A stretch of 64,000 nt of DNA from a virus. Position 1 is the first letter of the stretch, and the number at the start of each line of letters is the position of its first letter. Positions 35,495 to 45,669 of this stretch are shown in pieces. The position numbers were made by a program, and so were the translations under genes. The stretch covers positions 32,001 to 96,000 of IMG/VR virus record IMGVR_UViG_3300022187_000017; one strand, given 5' to 3'. Under the pieces are notes generated by a model. It worked only from the letters and a program-made list of their open reading frames with translations, searched no databases and had not been told where the DNA came from.

Positions 35495-36601
35495 TTATTT
35501 AGTCTTTTTATCTACTTTATCCTTCACTTTATCTATAACTACCTTTCTTTCAGCTGCTTTCCTTTTCAATTCTTCTCTTATCTTATTGATATTTGGGATC
35601 TCTTTCTCTGGAATATCTTCAAATTCTGCATATTCACCCTCACCTTCCTTATCCTGATGCTTCTTAGCTATAGCTCTCCAGTCATACACCATTGTAGAAG
35701 GATATTTAACCTCTTCTGACATGAAATCTTGACTAGATGAATTGAACCCTGAAAACTTGGAATAGATAGAATTGTGCAGCCTATTGATCAATAGTGCAGG
35801 ATTCACTCCCATTCTAAATGCTGCTCTGGCTATGATGATATCATTAATGGCCAAGGATCCCATGATCTCCCTCTCAATATGCTCTGCTACAGTATGCTGG
35901 ATCTTATGAGTAACCTCACCTTTTATATTGAGTGTATTGATGTGCATCTCATCCTTAACCTGCTTCAGGATCTTCAACATCATATCAGCCTCAGCTCTGG
36001 ATCTTGATACCTCATACTTCTCCCTTCTATCTCCATATAGAAATGAGAGCTCTTCCAACCTCCCTCTCTTATGAGATAGCCTCACATTATTTGTGTCCTT
36101 CCTGAATGTCTCCTGTAGAGCTGTGATCTTCTCCTTATGATCATCATGGAAGATCTTCAGCTGCCTCTTACTGACATCAACACCCCACTCTACATAGAGT
36201 ATCTTTAAAACATCATCTATGGATAGGTATCTACCAAAGTACTCCAATACCTCTGAAGATCTCTCATCTAAAAACATCATCCCAGACTCACCATCTGTTA
36301 CAGATAGTGCAGGAGATGCCTGCTTACCAAATGCCTCACTCTTATACTTGAATTTCTTCTTATTAAGGATCTTAACAACATTTACCCTCTCCAGTATAGC
36401 AATTTGCTCATCAGCTGGTAGGTGTTTTATGTAGCTCTTTATGATATCAAGTAGGAATAGAGGATCTATCACCAGTGAGATATCTGAAGTATATATCATC
36501 CTAGTGTCTTGCTTGAGTGCTTTTGAATCCCTTATCTTCAGGTATTTCAAATAAGCCTCTTCATTTATCACATCATCTGGTATGTTAATTTCCTTAGCCA
36601 T
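35495..36601 (-). CDS. hypothetical protein, possible terminase small subunit (DUF2280-like)
   Basis: Central segment V...L..EWGVDVSKRQL...F......RL.HK.GRLEEL...L..LKQ.KDE resembles DUF2280/TerS-like helical domains. Confidence 0.4.
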   Translation of the reverse strand: MAKEINIPDDVINEEAYLKYLKIRDSKALKQDTRMIYTSDISLVIDPLFLLDIIKSYIKHLPADEQIAILERVNVVKILNKKKFKYKSEAFGKQASPALSVTDGESGMMFLDERSSEVLEYFGRYLSIDDVLKILYVEWGVDVSKRQLKIFHDDHKEKITALQETFRKDTNNVRLSHKRGRLEELSFLYGDRREKYEVSRSRAEADMMLKILKQVKDEMHINTLNIKGEVTHKIQHTVAEHIEREIMGSLAINDIIIARAAFRMGVNPALLINRLHNSIYSKFSGFNSSSQDFMSEEVKYPSTMVYDWRAIAKKHQDKEGEGEYAEFEDIPEKEIPNINKIREELKRKAAERKVVIDKVKDKVDKKTK

Positions 36602-36791
36602 TTAACTTGTACTTTTCTATACTCTTATCCTCTAAATATAGAGTTAATACCCTAGACTTAATCTCTTTTTGAATACTATGTTTACATAACTGAATGAGAG
36701 TGAGTACATCTGTGGATACTTCTTCTGTAACGAGCTTTCCACTTTGATAATAGATACTCCCTTTCAGTCTATATCTGAAATGTAATTCCAT
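36594..36791 (-). CDS. hypothetical protein
   Basis: Packed ORF. Confidence 0.5.
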   Translation of the reverse strand: MELHFRYRLKGSIYYQSGKLVTEEVSTDVLTLIQLCKHSIQKEIKSRVLTLYLEDKSIEKYKLNG

Positions 36792-36796
36792 TTAAT

Positions 36797-37177
36797 TTAT
36801 ACATCATCTTCCCTGTTATCTCCTGATCCTTTCAGTGTTCCATTACTTTTACGCTTTACCAACTTCTTGAAATTCATCTCCATGATCTCATTTAAAGATA
36901 GTCCCAACTCATTTGCTAATGCTGTAATATACCAAAGTACATCTCCTAGCTCCTTAGCGATCTCCTGCTTATCTTCCTCATGAACTATGCCAGTGATATG
37001 AAGATCTTTGTCCCTGAATAGCTTCTTGATCTTACCAGCCACTTCTCCAGCCTCATCTGTAAGTCCCAATGTACAATAAGCTATACCCATCTCCTTTGGA
37101 TAGATTGCTGTATGATTAATTATTAATTGATAGTAATCTGTAGTCATCTTTATTCTGTTTTTATTGGAGGATTCCAC
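36797..37177 (-). CDS. mazG: MazG-like nucleoside triphosphate pyrophosphohydrolase
   Basis: LGL.DEAGEVAGKIKK, KELGDVLWY, N..KL..R...G.L.GSGDNR. Confidence 0.9.
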   Translation of the reverse strand: MESSNKNRIKMTTDYYQLIINHTAIYPKEMGIAYCTLGLTDEAGEVAGKIKKLFRDKDLHITGIVHEEDKQEIAKELGDVLWYITALANELGLSLNEIMEMNFKKLVKRKSNGTLKGSGDNREDDV

Positions 37178-37199
37178 TCCTCATTAAAGTATATAAATG

Positions 37200-39428
37200 T
37201 TATATTTCGCATGATCCACCTGCACATGCCAATGCTCCAAGAGTATTAGCATCTATGTAATTTGGTTTTGTCAATATCTCTGTAAAATCAACTGGCTTGA
37301 AATTCTTCTGAATCACATTCCATTTATGCCAGAGATGAACATCCTTCATACAATATACAGTATTTTTTATGTTATTCTTGAAATAATTCCTAGAAAATTT
37401 CTTAGCTCTCCTAATCCAATCCTTCCTTAGAAGTACCTGATCTCTGGTACCATCTATAGGTATATTTCTATCCAAGACATGATCTAGTGCCTTCCAGAGA
37501 TCTCCACCAAAGTAGTGAAGTCCATCAACTATGAGTCCTGATGCAAATATAGCAGCATCTCCATATGTATCCACCAACTCCTGAGTTGTTAGTACTGATG
37601 TGAATGGTGCCTGATTATAATCCTTATCCCCATATTCCCCTAAAAAGGATACAGCAGTGAAATTATCCTGATGCTCAAAGATGTAATCTATGATCTCCTC
37701 TTTATTGTCTACAATAACTGTATTGGATACATTATGCTCAGTATCATACTTGTACCCTAGATCTCTATTGGTGCCTTCCCTAACCCAATAATTCTGAACT
37801 AATTCAATCAATTTTAGATGCTTGATACCCTTCATATCATCTTTATAGATGGTACCTTCTGGATTCTCACATGGAGAGAATACTACATAGTCTGTATTGG
37901 ATGCAGAATATACTGACTCCTCCAAGATCTCTGGCCTGTTCTTTAATAACCACTGTGCTGTCTCACTCTCCTTATTGAGCTGCATTACTCTGAAATACTT
38001 CTCAGAATGCTCTGGGTGTATCCCTGATGATGTCTGTAGAATAACAGATGCATTACCTGATGGCTTCACTGTGGTAGTTCTGGCTGCCTGATTGATCCCA
38101 AGAATTGCAGCTACTTCCTTGTTAGTTTCTTTTACTATTCTAGCTCCCTCCTTCAGGATCTCTGGATTGAATAGCTCTGGCCTTGACATCCAGCCTGTAA
38201 TCGATATGCCTAATAAGGCCTCTCCTGCCACTATCTCTTCAGTCTGCTTCCCAAGATAAGGGAATGAAGTATATCCAGCCTGTAGTGTACCTAATATGGA
38301 TGCTCTCTTGCATAACTGATAGAACTTCTTCTCTGAGAAATTCCCTTTAGAGTCTACACATGCTGATGCTGAGATCTCATTTAGATTACAGAATTGAAAT
38401 ACTGACTCCTCTCTATTCTTGATCTGCTCCCAGAAGTTGAACCCAATCTCAAAACATGGATTGAACATATCAGCAAAATGTGACATGAATACAAATCCTA
38501 GATCATTATCTCCCTCATTCTTACTCACCAGCTCATTGAATTGCTTCTTAGTGAATCCATCTCTTATCAGTCCTACTGAGTTATTTGATCTAGCTCTCCA
38601 TGGATGTGTCTGTCTCCAGTTTCCTGTCTTGGCATTGATCAGATCATAATCATCCTCATCCATGATGATATTCATAGCTGATCTTCTTACTCCTCCAGAT
38701 AATACTGCATCTGATAGATGCATGAATATGTCATATGCTATGATCCCTGTTATTGGAGCTGATCTCTTACCCTCTCCCATTGAGTTTATGTGATCATTGA
38801 GTAGCTTTTCTATTCTCTCCATGGCCAGCTTCAGACCATCTGGCCCGGGTGCTTTGAACCCTCCAGTAATAAATGCTCCCTTCTCTCTGACTAATGAATA
38901 GTCAAACTTGATCTCATATCCATAATACTCTTCCAATAGTGAAGAGTGCTTTATGTAAGAGCTCATAAGAACCTTACCAGCATCTGCCCAGCCATCAATG
39001 GAATCCTGTACTACAAATATCTTTGCTCCCTTTGTTCTCCTGTGAACAGCTGGAAGGAATTTTGTGAACTCCCTCTTTAATGATACTCCTAATCCTGTAC
39101 CTGATAGAAGTACATGAAATCCTCTATGGAATACATCTGGAGAATATGCATAAGTAGTACAACAATTGTACAGCTTTGCATTGTTTTTAAGGATACGATC
39201 TCCCCTGAATTGTAAGTTTCTTTGTGATGCTAGTAATTCTAGGTTCAGGTATGATGGCCTTACCTCATTAATGAGAGGCCTAGCTACCTCTCCATACCTC
39301 ATAATATGTGTATCTAATACCTCATCCACAGCCTCTTCCCACTTCTCAAATCTTCCCAGATCATCTTTGAATTTTAAGTAATCTGTATATAATTTTAGAT
39401 CTGAAATGAATTGCTTGCCTTTGCCCAT
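37200..39428 (-). CDS. nrdJ: ribonucleotide reductase, RTPR-like (probably class II, B12-dependent)
   Basis: YNCC, GGVRRSA, NPCFEI, CNLNEI, TVKPSG, C-terminal CAGGSC; no beta-subunit gene nearby. The class assignment is inferred. Confidence 0.85.
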   Translation of the reverse strand: MGKGKQFISDLKLYTDYLKFKDDLGRFEKWEEAVDEVLDTHIMRYGEVARPLINEVRPSYLNLELLASQRNLQFRGDRILKNNAKLYNCCTTYAYSPDVFHRGFHVLLSGTGLGVSLKREFTKFLPAVHRRTKGAKIFVVQDSIDGWADAGKVLMSSYIKHSSLLEEYYGYEIKFDYSLVREKGAFITGGFKAPGPDGLKLAMERIEKLLNDHINSMGEGKRSAPITGIIAYDIFMHLSDAVLSGGVRRSAMNIIMDEDDYDLINAKTGNWRQTHPWRARSNNSVGLIRDGFTKKQFNELVSKNEGDNDLGFVFMSHFADMFNPCFEIGFNFWEQIKNREESVFQFCNLNEISASACVDSKGNFSEKKFYQLCKRASILGTLQAGYTSFPYLGKQTEEIVAGEALLGISITGWMSRPELFNPEILKEGARIVKETNKEVAAILGINQAARTTTVKPSGNASVILQTSSGIHPEHSEKYFRVMQLNKESETAQWLLKNRPEILEESVYSASNTDYVVFSPCENPEGTIYKDDMKGIKHLKLIELVQNYWVREGTNRDLGYKYDTEHNVSNTVIVDNKEEIIDYIFEHQDNFTAVSFLGEYGDKDYNQAPFTSVLTTQELVDTYGDAAIFASGLIVDGLHYFGGDLWKALDHVLDRNIPIDGTRDQVLLRKDWIRRAKKFSRNYFKNNIKNTVYCMKDVHLWHKWNVIQKNFKPVDFTEILTKPNYIDANTLGALACAGGSCEI

Positions 39429-39727
39429 TGTTTATTGAATGTTTTTATTATTGATATAGAAATGAACTACTAAATTTAGCATTTTTATACCAAATTATTA
39501 TCATCTACTATTGTTAATTTTTTACTATTACTTAGTGTTAGCTACAATTATTTTAAAACCCATTCTAAAGTCTTAATGTCATCTTTTATATCTCGCACAG
39601 TTTGTAGCATAACATCTTTATTTTTATCAGTAAACTGATTAGTATTTAATAAGTGTTGAGTTTTCTTAACACCTTCTTCCAACTGTGCTATTTTATCTAA
39701 TATTTCTTTTTGTGTTTTCATATTGTT

Positions 39728-40231
39728 TTAAATTAATGGATCACCATCTGGTATCATATCCACTCTCTTCTTCCTAGCATTATTGGCTAATAAGTCAGCT
39801 CTCTCATTATCAGGATGTCCATCATGACCTTTGATCCAATTTAGCTTCAATTCAATGCCATTTTCATGCATCTCCCTGAAGTGAATTAGGAACCTCTTCC
39901 AGAGATCATGATTCTCTCTCATCTTACCCTTCTTCTTCCACTCAGTTCTCTCCCAATTGAATACCCATCCTTCACTGAATGCACTGGTGACATATTTGTT
40001 ATCAGAGAATATTGTTATTGGGATACCTTTGCCTTTATAGATACCCAGAACAGCTATAACTGCCCTGAGCTCCATTCTAGCAGATGAAGTATTGTAGTAT
40101 GTACCTATAGATAGCTCTCTCTTGGAGTTATCTGGTAGATTTATAACTGCTCCCCAGCCTCCTTCTCTTGCTCCTACTCTGGTTTTATTCAGTGAGTTAT
40201 CACAAGATCCATCAGTATAAATTTTGATCAT
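39728..40231 (-). CDS. rnhA: ribonuclease HI
   Basis: IYTDGSC, RMELRAV, SD.KYV, N.DLW, WIKGH.G.P.NERAD.LA. Confidence 0.95.
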   Translation of the reverse strand: MIKIYTDGSCDNSLNKTRVGAREGGWGAVINLPDNSKRELSIGTYYNTSSARMELRAVIAVLGIYKGKGIPITIFSDNKYVTSAFSEGWVFNWERTEWKKKGKMRENHDLWKRFLIHFREMHENGIELKLNWIKGHDGHPDNERADLLANNARKKRVDMIPDGDPLI

Positions 40232-40905
40232 TTAATCTTCTTTACAAATTGAGCACATGCCTCAGCTAATTCTAATAGGGATCCATTGTTATCTATTTCA
40301 TGAGCAGAATTCATCTCATAACTTTCAGACTCATGCATCATATCTCTACCAGTATTACCCCCTGTCCAAATTGGATCTTCATCAGGTGCATTTCTAAACA
40401 CCTCAACTAGATGTACCTCCCAATCTCCAATGAGATAATCTGAGAGTTTTTCTTCATTTGGGAATCTCCAGTCAGATATGATCACAGTAATATCCTCATA
40501 TCCTTCTGCATACTCATCAACTAGATTATTGATCCTGATGGCCTCTGCTTTCACATGGATATCCTTATCAAAGTTATTCCTCATACCTTCAGTAGCTAAT
40601 AGCTGTAGCATTCTACCAAGAGTCATACCCCAAAGTGTTAGGTATGTTTCTTTTTGCACTTGACTAAAATCTGGTGTAGGGTTCCTGAATGGATGTCTTA
40701 GGTAGTGTTCTTTCTCTGGAGTATTCAGATCTATCATCTTCATTCCAGTTAGGCTCTCAGCTAACTTCTTAACAGTGTAGGCAAACATTCCCTTCAGGAT
40801 CAATCTAGGCCTTCCTATATGTAGCTTATTTGCAATAAAAGCAGCAGCTGTGTCCTTACCAGACTTGTAGCCACTGCCTTTAATTAAAACTATTCTCCTT
40901 TTCAT
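40228..40905 (-). CDS. deoxynucleoside monophosphate kinase
   Basis: G.KSGKDTAA P-loop, FA..VK, LQ..ATE..R, ISDWRFPNE, HESE. Confidence 0.85.
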   Translation of the reverse strand: MKRRIVLIKGSGYKSGKDTAAAFIANKLHIGRPRLILKGMFAYTVKKLAESLTGMKMIDLNTPEKEHYLRHPFRNPTPDFSQVQKETYLTLWGMTLGRMLQLLATEGMRNNFDKDIHVKAEAIRINNLVDEYAEGYEDITVIISDWRFPNEEKLSDYLIGDWEVHLVEVFRNAPDEDPIWTGGNTGRDMMHESESYEMNSAHEIDNNGSLLELAEACAQFVKKIK

Positions 40906-40911
40906 CTCTCT

Positions 40912-41481
40912 TTAACAGATAAAATCATCAAATTCATAATTGAGTCCAATGGCCAGATCTCTAGCCAATTCCCATCTGGATGAGAATAGAACTCCTAGCT
41001 TGGTAGCTCTGATTCCCTTGCCAGTAGCTGCTCTGTAGTGAGCTGCCATGTCCCATCTGGAGAGCTCTGTTAGATCAAGTACGTTCAATGGATCTGCTGC
41101 ATGTAGAGCTGGCTCTAGGAGCTCCTCTATATGCTCATCATACTGCTCTGGAGTTAATCCTAGAGCCTTAGCCTCATGATCTGCTACAGTAACTGGATCA
41201 CAGCATACATTATCAGGTAAATCTCTATGACCTATATATTGAGGCATTTTTGGCTCCTCATCAGTTTTACCACAACAAACTGCTTGATGTTCATCATAAC
41301 TAACTAATGCCTGTAGTGCCTTTGTAGCAATACGTTTTCTAGATTTCAGATCAGTAAATTCTAAATCTTCACCAGTTTCTTTTTTGACATATGCAGCTAT
41401 CTCTCTAGCTGTCATAGATCCACCCTTTCTTTTTGTCCCTCCAGTATTAAATACCTTCAGATGTTTACTCTGTGTGCTCAT
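40912..41481 (-). CDS. hypothetical protein
   Basis: Packed ORF. Confidence 0.6.
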   Translation of the reverse strand: MSTQSKHLKVFNTGGTKRKGGSMTAREIAAYVKKETGEDLEFTDLKSRKRIATKALQALVSYDEHQAVCCGKTDEEPKMPQYIGHRDLPDNVCCDPVTVADHEAKALGLTPEQYDEHIEELLEPALHAADPLNVLDLTELSRWDMAAHYRAATGKGIRATKLGVLFSSRWELARDLAIGLNYEFDDFIC

Positions 41482-41743
41482 TTTCTCTCTTTTTTATTAA
41501 TGAAAAGTTTAATAGTTCTTCAGGAAGAAATTCCTCTAAATACTCAATGATGTCCTCCTGTTTCATCTTTGAGTCTGTATAATCTTTTGTCAGTTTGGCC
41601 TTGTGCAGCTCATCATCATTAACTAATACAATCATGATCCCATACCTGTAGATTACATGCACATCAAACTCCTCATCTGTTGAGAGGAGGAGTTGTGTTG
41701 GCTTTTCAGCTGATACTAATTTTATTGCGTTTACTGTATACAT
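41465..41743 (-). CDS. hypothetical protein
   Basis: Packed ORF. Confidence 0.55.
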   Translation of the reverse strand: MYTVNAIKLVSAEKPTQLLLSTDEEFDVHVIYRYGIMIVLVNDDELHKAKLTKDYTDSKMKQEDIIEYLEEFLPEELLNFSLIKKRENEHTE

Positions 41744-41744
41744 C

Positions 41745-41984
41745 TTAATACATTACGAATCCCCAAGGATTATTCTTCCCTTCCTTAGAGATGTTATGAC
41801 CTCTAACCTTTCTCTCTGCCTTGACATAGAGAGCATCTGTTACCTCTTCTGGGATGTCATCATCCTGATCCTCTTGGAATGGATTTAGATACCTTAGATG
41901 AGCCTCTCCTGCCTCATTGACTGTTAATACTCCTACAAATCCTTCTTTCTGTACTGTTAAAACTGTGTTTTTCATGATGTTCAA
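41745..41984 (-). CDS. hypothetical protein
   Basis: Packed ORF. Confidence 0.55.
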   Translation of the reverse strand: MNIMKNTVLTVQKEGFVGVLTVNEAGEAHLRYLNPFQEDQDDDIPEEVTDALYVKAERKVRGHNISKEGKNNPWGFVMY

Positions 41985-42001
41985 TTTATTGTTTATATTA
42001 A

Positions 42002-42736
42002 TTATGCTTTCTCGAATTTAGTAATTGTATAATGATCATCTCCATAATAATCTTTTACCTTTTCAATAGTTACTACAGCATCACCCTTCATAGATCTCAT
42101 TCCTGCTAATACTCTGTAATTATAACCATTGTAATATCTCTCAGAAGTTGCCATATAGATATCTTTTGATACCATTACTTCAAATCCCCAAGGATAATTA
42201 CCTAATGCATCTAGTGCCTCTGTAATTATCTTAATCCCTCCATTGTCATTTACATTACTCATAACCTTCACTTGGATTCCTTCTCCTATCAATGCCTCTT
42301 TTGCATTTTTTATCAACTGTATTGAATCATAATCCTCTTGTGTCATTAAGAACCCATCCATATCAACATACCCATTAGCTAATAGTTGAGCAGTTGCTGG
42401 AGGACAATGGTAATTATTAGAATACCACTCTAGATATTTAAAATCTGTACACTCAGAGATCAATTCTCCTTTATACTTCCCACACTGGAATTCTGGTAAT
42501 GAATGATCTCTAGGCTCAAATTTTTGTCCAGAGCTCATAACCCATGAATCTCCTTTTAACCCACTAAAATGAGCTTTTGGATATAGCTTTTTAGCCTCTT
42601 CAAGATCCCTACTGATGTTCTTCCAAAATGATGCTTGCTGCTCTCCCTCTCCATCTGGTGATCCTACTGACCATAATGTATAAAATTCTCCTCCGAATCC
42701 TATGTGTAATCCTACTTTTGCGTTCTGTACTTTCAT
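42002..42736 (-). CDS. hypothetical protein with EFYTLW domain
   Basis: First gene after the 42768 promoter; F..GKYKG.......D..YLEW central motif. Confidence 0.65.
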   Translation of the reverse strand: MKVQNAKVGLHIGFGGEFYTLWSVGSPDGEGEQQASFWKNISRDLEEAKKLYPKAHFSGLKGDSWVMSSGQKFEPRDHSLPEFQCGKYKGELISECTDFKYLEWYSNNYHCPPATAQLLANGYVDMDGFLMTQEDYDSIQLIKNAKEALIGEGIQVKVMSNVNDNGGIKIITEALDALGNYPWGFEVMVSKDIYMATSERYYNGYNYRVLAGMRSMKGDAVVTIEKVKDYYGDDHYTITKFEKA

Positions 42737-42767
42737 GATGTGATGTATTTTAGTTGTTATTATGCAG

Positions 42768-42798
42768 CTAAAGTATAATAAATATATTTACCCTGCAA
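42768..42798 (-). promoter_or_regulatory. Bacteroidota sigmaA-type promoter
   Basis: TTG-N20-TACTTTAG. Confidence 0.72.
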
Positions 42799-42819
42799 AT
42801 ATAATACAACCTTTTTTCA

Positions 42820-43248
42820 TCAATTCTTGTTAAGTTCCTGAATACCAGTGAATCTAGTCACAAAAAAGTCTACCCTTCCTAGCCTACCTGTTGCAGGAAC
42901 TATCTTAACCATCTTCATAAGCTCTGGCTTAATATGATCAATGAACTTTTCTGCATATCTCTCCTGTAGCTTATTAACTGTGAGGCTATTCATGTCTACT
43001 ATTGAATTGTAATATACAGATGTTTCTGGAGCTAATACTGTTAGTCCCATGGGAAGATCTGAATGTAGATTTAATAGGAATGCTGACTCTGAATCTTTCA
43101 GAGGATACCTCATAGCAAATCTGCCTACTTTATATTCTCCAGATTTTAGGTGCTGAGAAAGATCTTGATCTACTTTTAGGATCTTCACACTCCAGTTGTA
43201 CATTCTCTTGGCAATACTTGCTCTTAGGCTTTTTAATAATTTTTTCAT
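42820..43248 (-). CDS. hypothetical protein
   Basis: 142-aa ORF overlapping the lysozyme 3' end. Confidence 0.55.
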   Translation of the reverse strand: MKKLLKSLRASIAKRMYNWSVKILKVDQDLSQHLKSGEYKVGRFAMRYPLKDSESAFLLNLHSDLPMGLTVLAPETSVYYNSIVDMNSLTVNKLQERYAEKFIDHIKPELMKMVKIVPATGRLGRVDFFVTRFTGIQELNKN

Positions 43249-43669
43249 GATATCTCTCTCTTTTTGTTTTTAAATATTTACTCCAATACACTATTGTTGA
43301 TCTCTTCTTGTATCCTTTTGGCCCACCATTCCAGATCCTTGCATATATCTCCTCTGTAGGATATTGGCCTGTATTCTTCTGGTACTGCTTACCCCAGAAA
43401 CTGAGATACTTTATGAACATCTCCTCTGACTTCTGGACTGAGTTACGATCTTGATAAGTGTAGGATGTTTTGTAGATCCTATTCACATCATCTACTGTGA
43501 TCTTCCAGATCTGGAGATGGCCTATTGCCTTCCCTCCATCACCATTGGTTAATAAACCACTCAAACTCTCAACCTCAGCTATGCCATCTAGCATATTTTG
43601 AATGATCTTCTCATCTGCATGCACTAACATGGAAATGAATAATAACGCTGTTAAAAGTACTTTCTGCAT
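43130..43669 (-). CDS. lysozyme-like muramidase (destabilase/i-type-like) with signal peptide
   Basis: VES...GDGGKAIG.LQI....V.DVNR, ARIWNGGP.G, T..YW.K. Confidence 0.8.
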   Translation of the reverse strand: MQKVLLTALLFISMLVHADEKIIQNMLDGIAEVESLSGLLTNGDGGKAIGHLQIWKITVDDVNRIYKTSYTYQDRNSVQKSEEMFIKYLSFWGKQYQKNTGQYPTEEIYARIWNGGPKGYKKRSTIVYWSKYLKTKRERYHEKIIKKPKSKYCQENVQLECEDPKSRSRSFSAPKIWRI

Positions 43670-43674
43670 GATTT

Positions 43675-44337
43675 CTATCTATTTCTGACTCCAGTATACT
43701 CAGTGGCTTTCACCTTCTCTACTGCAAACGCAAATCTCCAAACACTCTTGAGATCTAATGAGTCAATTAATTCTACTTTTCTCCAGTGACATAATCCCCA
43801 GAGAGCTATCCTTTCTATGATAGTCTCCATGGAAGGATTCTGCTCACCATAATAACTTGTTAAATGAACCTTAGTGATCCCATTGAGGATGTTGACATAT
43901 GGCTTAGGCATAGTCACAAACATGAATCCCTTCTCAATAAGTAGGAATACATCTGGGAAGAATCTATTAGGGAACCCATATGGATCCAGATCAATCACAT
44001 CAAATGTCTGTTTTTCAGCTATCCTCTTGTGAAAGTCTAGGAATGAATTAGTTCTATTGATGAAGATATTTGGATATTCTCTGATCTGCTCCCTCAATTC
44101 AGTAAAGACCTTCCCTTTGAATTCATTAGCCTGAACAAATCCATAATCTGTATAGATCTTAGAGCAATTACCTCTCCCAGCAAATAGATCTAAGGTACTC
44201 AGATCACTCTGGCCTTCCAGAACTTGCTTGATCTGGTTAATCTTCTCATCTGGATGATGCAATGTATCACAATAACCTCTCTGTTTCTTCCTTACAATCT
44301 CATGATCAATCACTCTCAATTTTGGCTTATCTCCCAT
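43675..44337 (-). CDS. SAM-dependent methyltransferase
   Basis: LDLFAG.G motif I; FDVIDLDPYG.P. Confidence 0.8.
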   Translation of the reverse strand: MGDKPKLRVIDHEIVRKKQRGYCDTLHHPDEKINQIKQVLEGQSDLSTLDLFAGRGNCSKIYTDYGFVQANEFKGKVFTELREQIREYPNIFINRTNSFLDFHKRIAEKQTFDVIDLDPYGFPNRFFPDVFLLIEKGFMFVTMPKPYVNILNGITKVHLTSYYGEQNPSMETIIERIALWGLCHWRKVELIDSLDLKSVWRFAFAVEKVKATEYTGVRNR

Positions 44338-45239
44338 TACTTTTTGTTTTTCGTTCTCTCTTTATAGTATTCCAGTACTCCATCAATATGATCTACAATC
44401 CCAGATATAATTGGATCTGGTTCTAGTTCCTGATTTATTAATGCATTTGAATAAGATGATAATCTAACTGATATCGATCTTATCTCTGCAGCTGATGTGT
44501 TATTAAACATACCAGAATCCATACGATTCCTCAGCTCTGCAGTTATCTCTTGCTGGATAGTCTCCAGATTATCTCCAGAATACCATTCTGTAAGTTCCCT
44601 CCCAATCAATACTAGATCTCCATTTGTAAGCCTAGGAAGAGTCTCATTAAGATCTCCCTTAGTCAACCTATCTATTCCAAGATCCTTGTAGATCACAAAT
44701 TGAATTGCTACAGTAAGATCTGATTTGAATAACTTTGGATACATCAGAGATAGGTAAGTAATCACCTCACCAGATGCAATATTGTATGATCTAGATATGC
44801 TCATGATAGCCTCACCAACATCATTCAGAGATTTTCTTACCTCTGGTAGATTACTCAGTGCATCCTTCATAGCATCCCTATAAGGAGTATCTACTTGAAG
44901 AGTCACTGGCATTTGTCTCTGGATAAGAAGAGAGATTGTATACATCAATCCTTCCCAGTTGGTAAAGAACTGTCTTACACTAGAGTCAAAGCCATTCCCA
45001 TACACAATTTCATAGGTATCTCTTAACTCCACCTGCATTGGACTTAAAACAATTCCTGTTGGAGGAGCTGGCTCTGGTTCTTGATTATTACTATCCAGAA
45101 CACTTTGTCTGAACTGCTCTTCTAGGATTGCTGATTCTTCATCCTTCTTAGCAAAGTACCTGATCTCTAGGATCCTCTTTACTGATTCAAAGACACAATA
45201 GATAATAACTGCTGAAATAATTGTTGCTTGTATAGTCAT
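44337..45239 (-). CDS. membrane-anchored hypothetical protein
   Basis: N-terminal TM helix, Pro-rich linker, helical body. Confidence 0.65.
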   Translation of the reverse strand: MTIQATIISAVIIYCVFESVKRILEIRYFAKKDEESAILEEQFRQSVLDSNNQEPEPAPPTGIVLSPMQVELRDTYEIVYGNGFDSSVRQFFTNWEGLMYTISLLIQRQMPVTLQVDTPYRDAMKDALSNLPEVRKSLNDVGEAIMSISRSYNIASGEVITYLSLMYPKLFKSDLTVAIQFVIYKDLGIDRLTKGDLNETLPRLTNGDLVLIGRELTEWYSGDNLETIQQEITAELRNRMDSGMFNNTSAAEIRSISVRLSSYSNALINQELEPDPIISGIVDHIDGVLEYYKERTKNKK

Positions 45240-45287
45240 ATCTAAATTTACGAATTATTTGTGGGATATTCCCATGATATTTGCTGT

Positions 45288-45665
45288 TTATGTTGTTAGT
45301 GCTATAATTTGACCATTCACCCACTGGCTGAATGTCTTAGGATTCTCCTTCCCTTTGATGAATTTGCAGTATGCAACCTTAGTAAGATCACACCACTCTC
45401 CAAATGTTCTATTGCCATAGGCATTTCTGGTATGTACAAATAGTGCTTTTAAGTCTCCTAGATCAATTTCTAGACCTACCACATAACACTCTGTAGGACT
45501 TGGAACCTTCATTCTGAACTTATCATTGAATAGGAATACAAGTGTATGATCTCCATCCTGCTTAGTGATCTTTACTGGATTGTATACTGTCTTTCCTGAA
45601 GTAGTTAATCCCTCCAGTAATACGATTTCATTTACTTTGTGATTTGATAATTTTGATGCTTCCAT
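45288..45665 (-). CDS. hypothetical protein
   Basis: Packed ORF. Confidence 0.6.
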   Translation of the reverse strand: MEASKLSNHKVNEIVLLEGLTTSGKTVYNPVKITKQDGDHTLVFLFNDKFRMKVPSPTECYVVGLEIDLGDLKALFVHTRNAYGNRTFGEWCDLTKVAYCKFIKGKENPKTFSQWVNGQIIALTT

Positions 45666-45669
45666 GATG

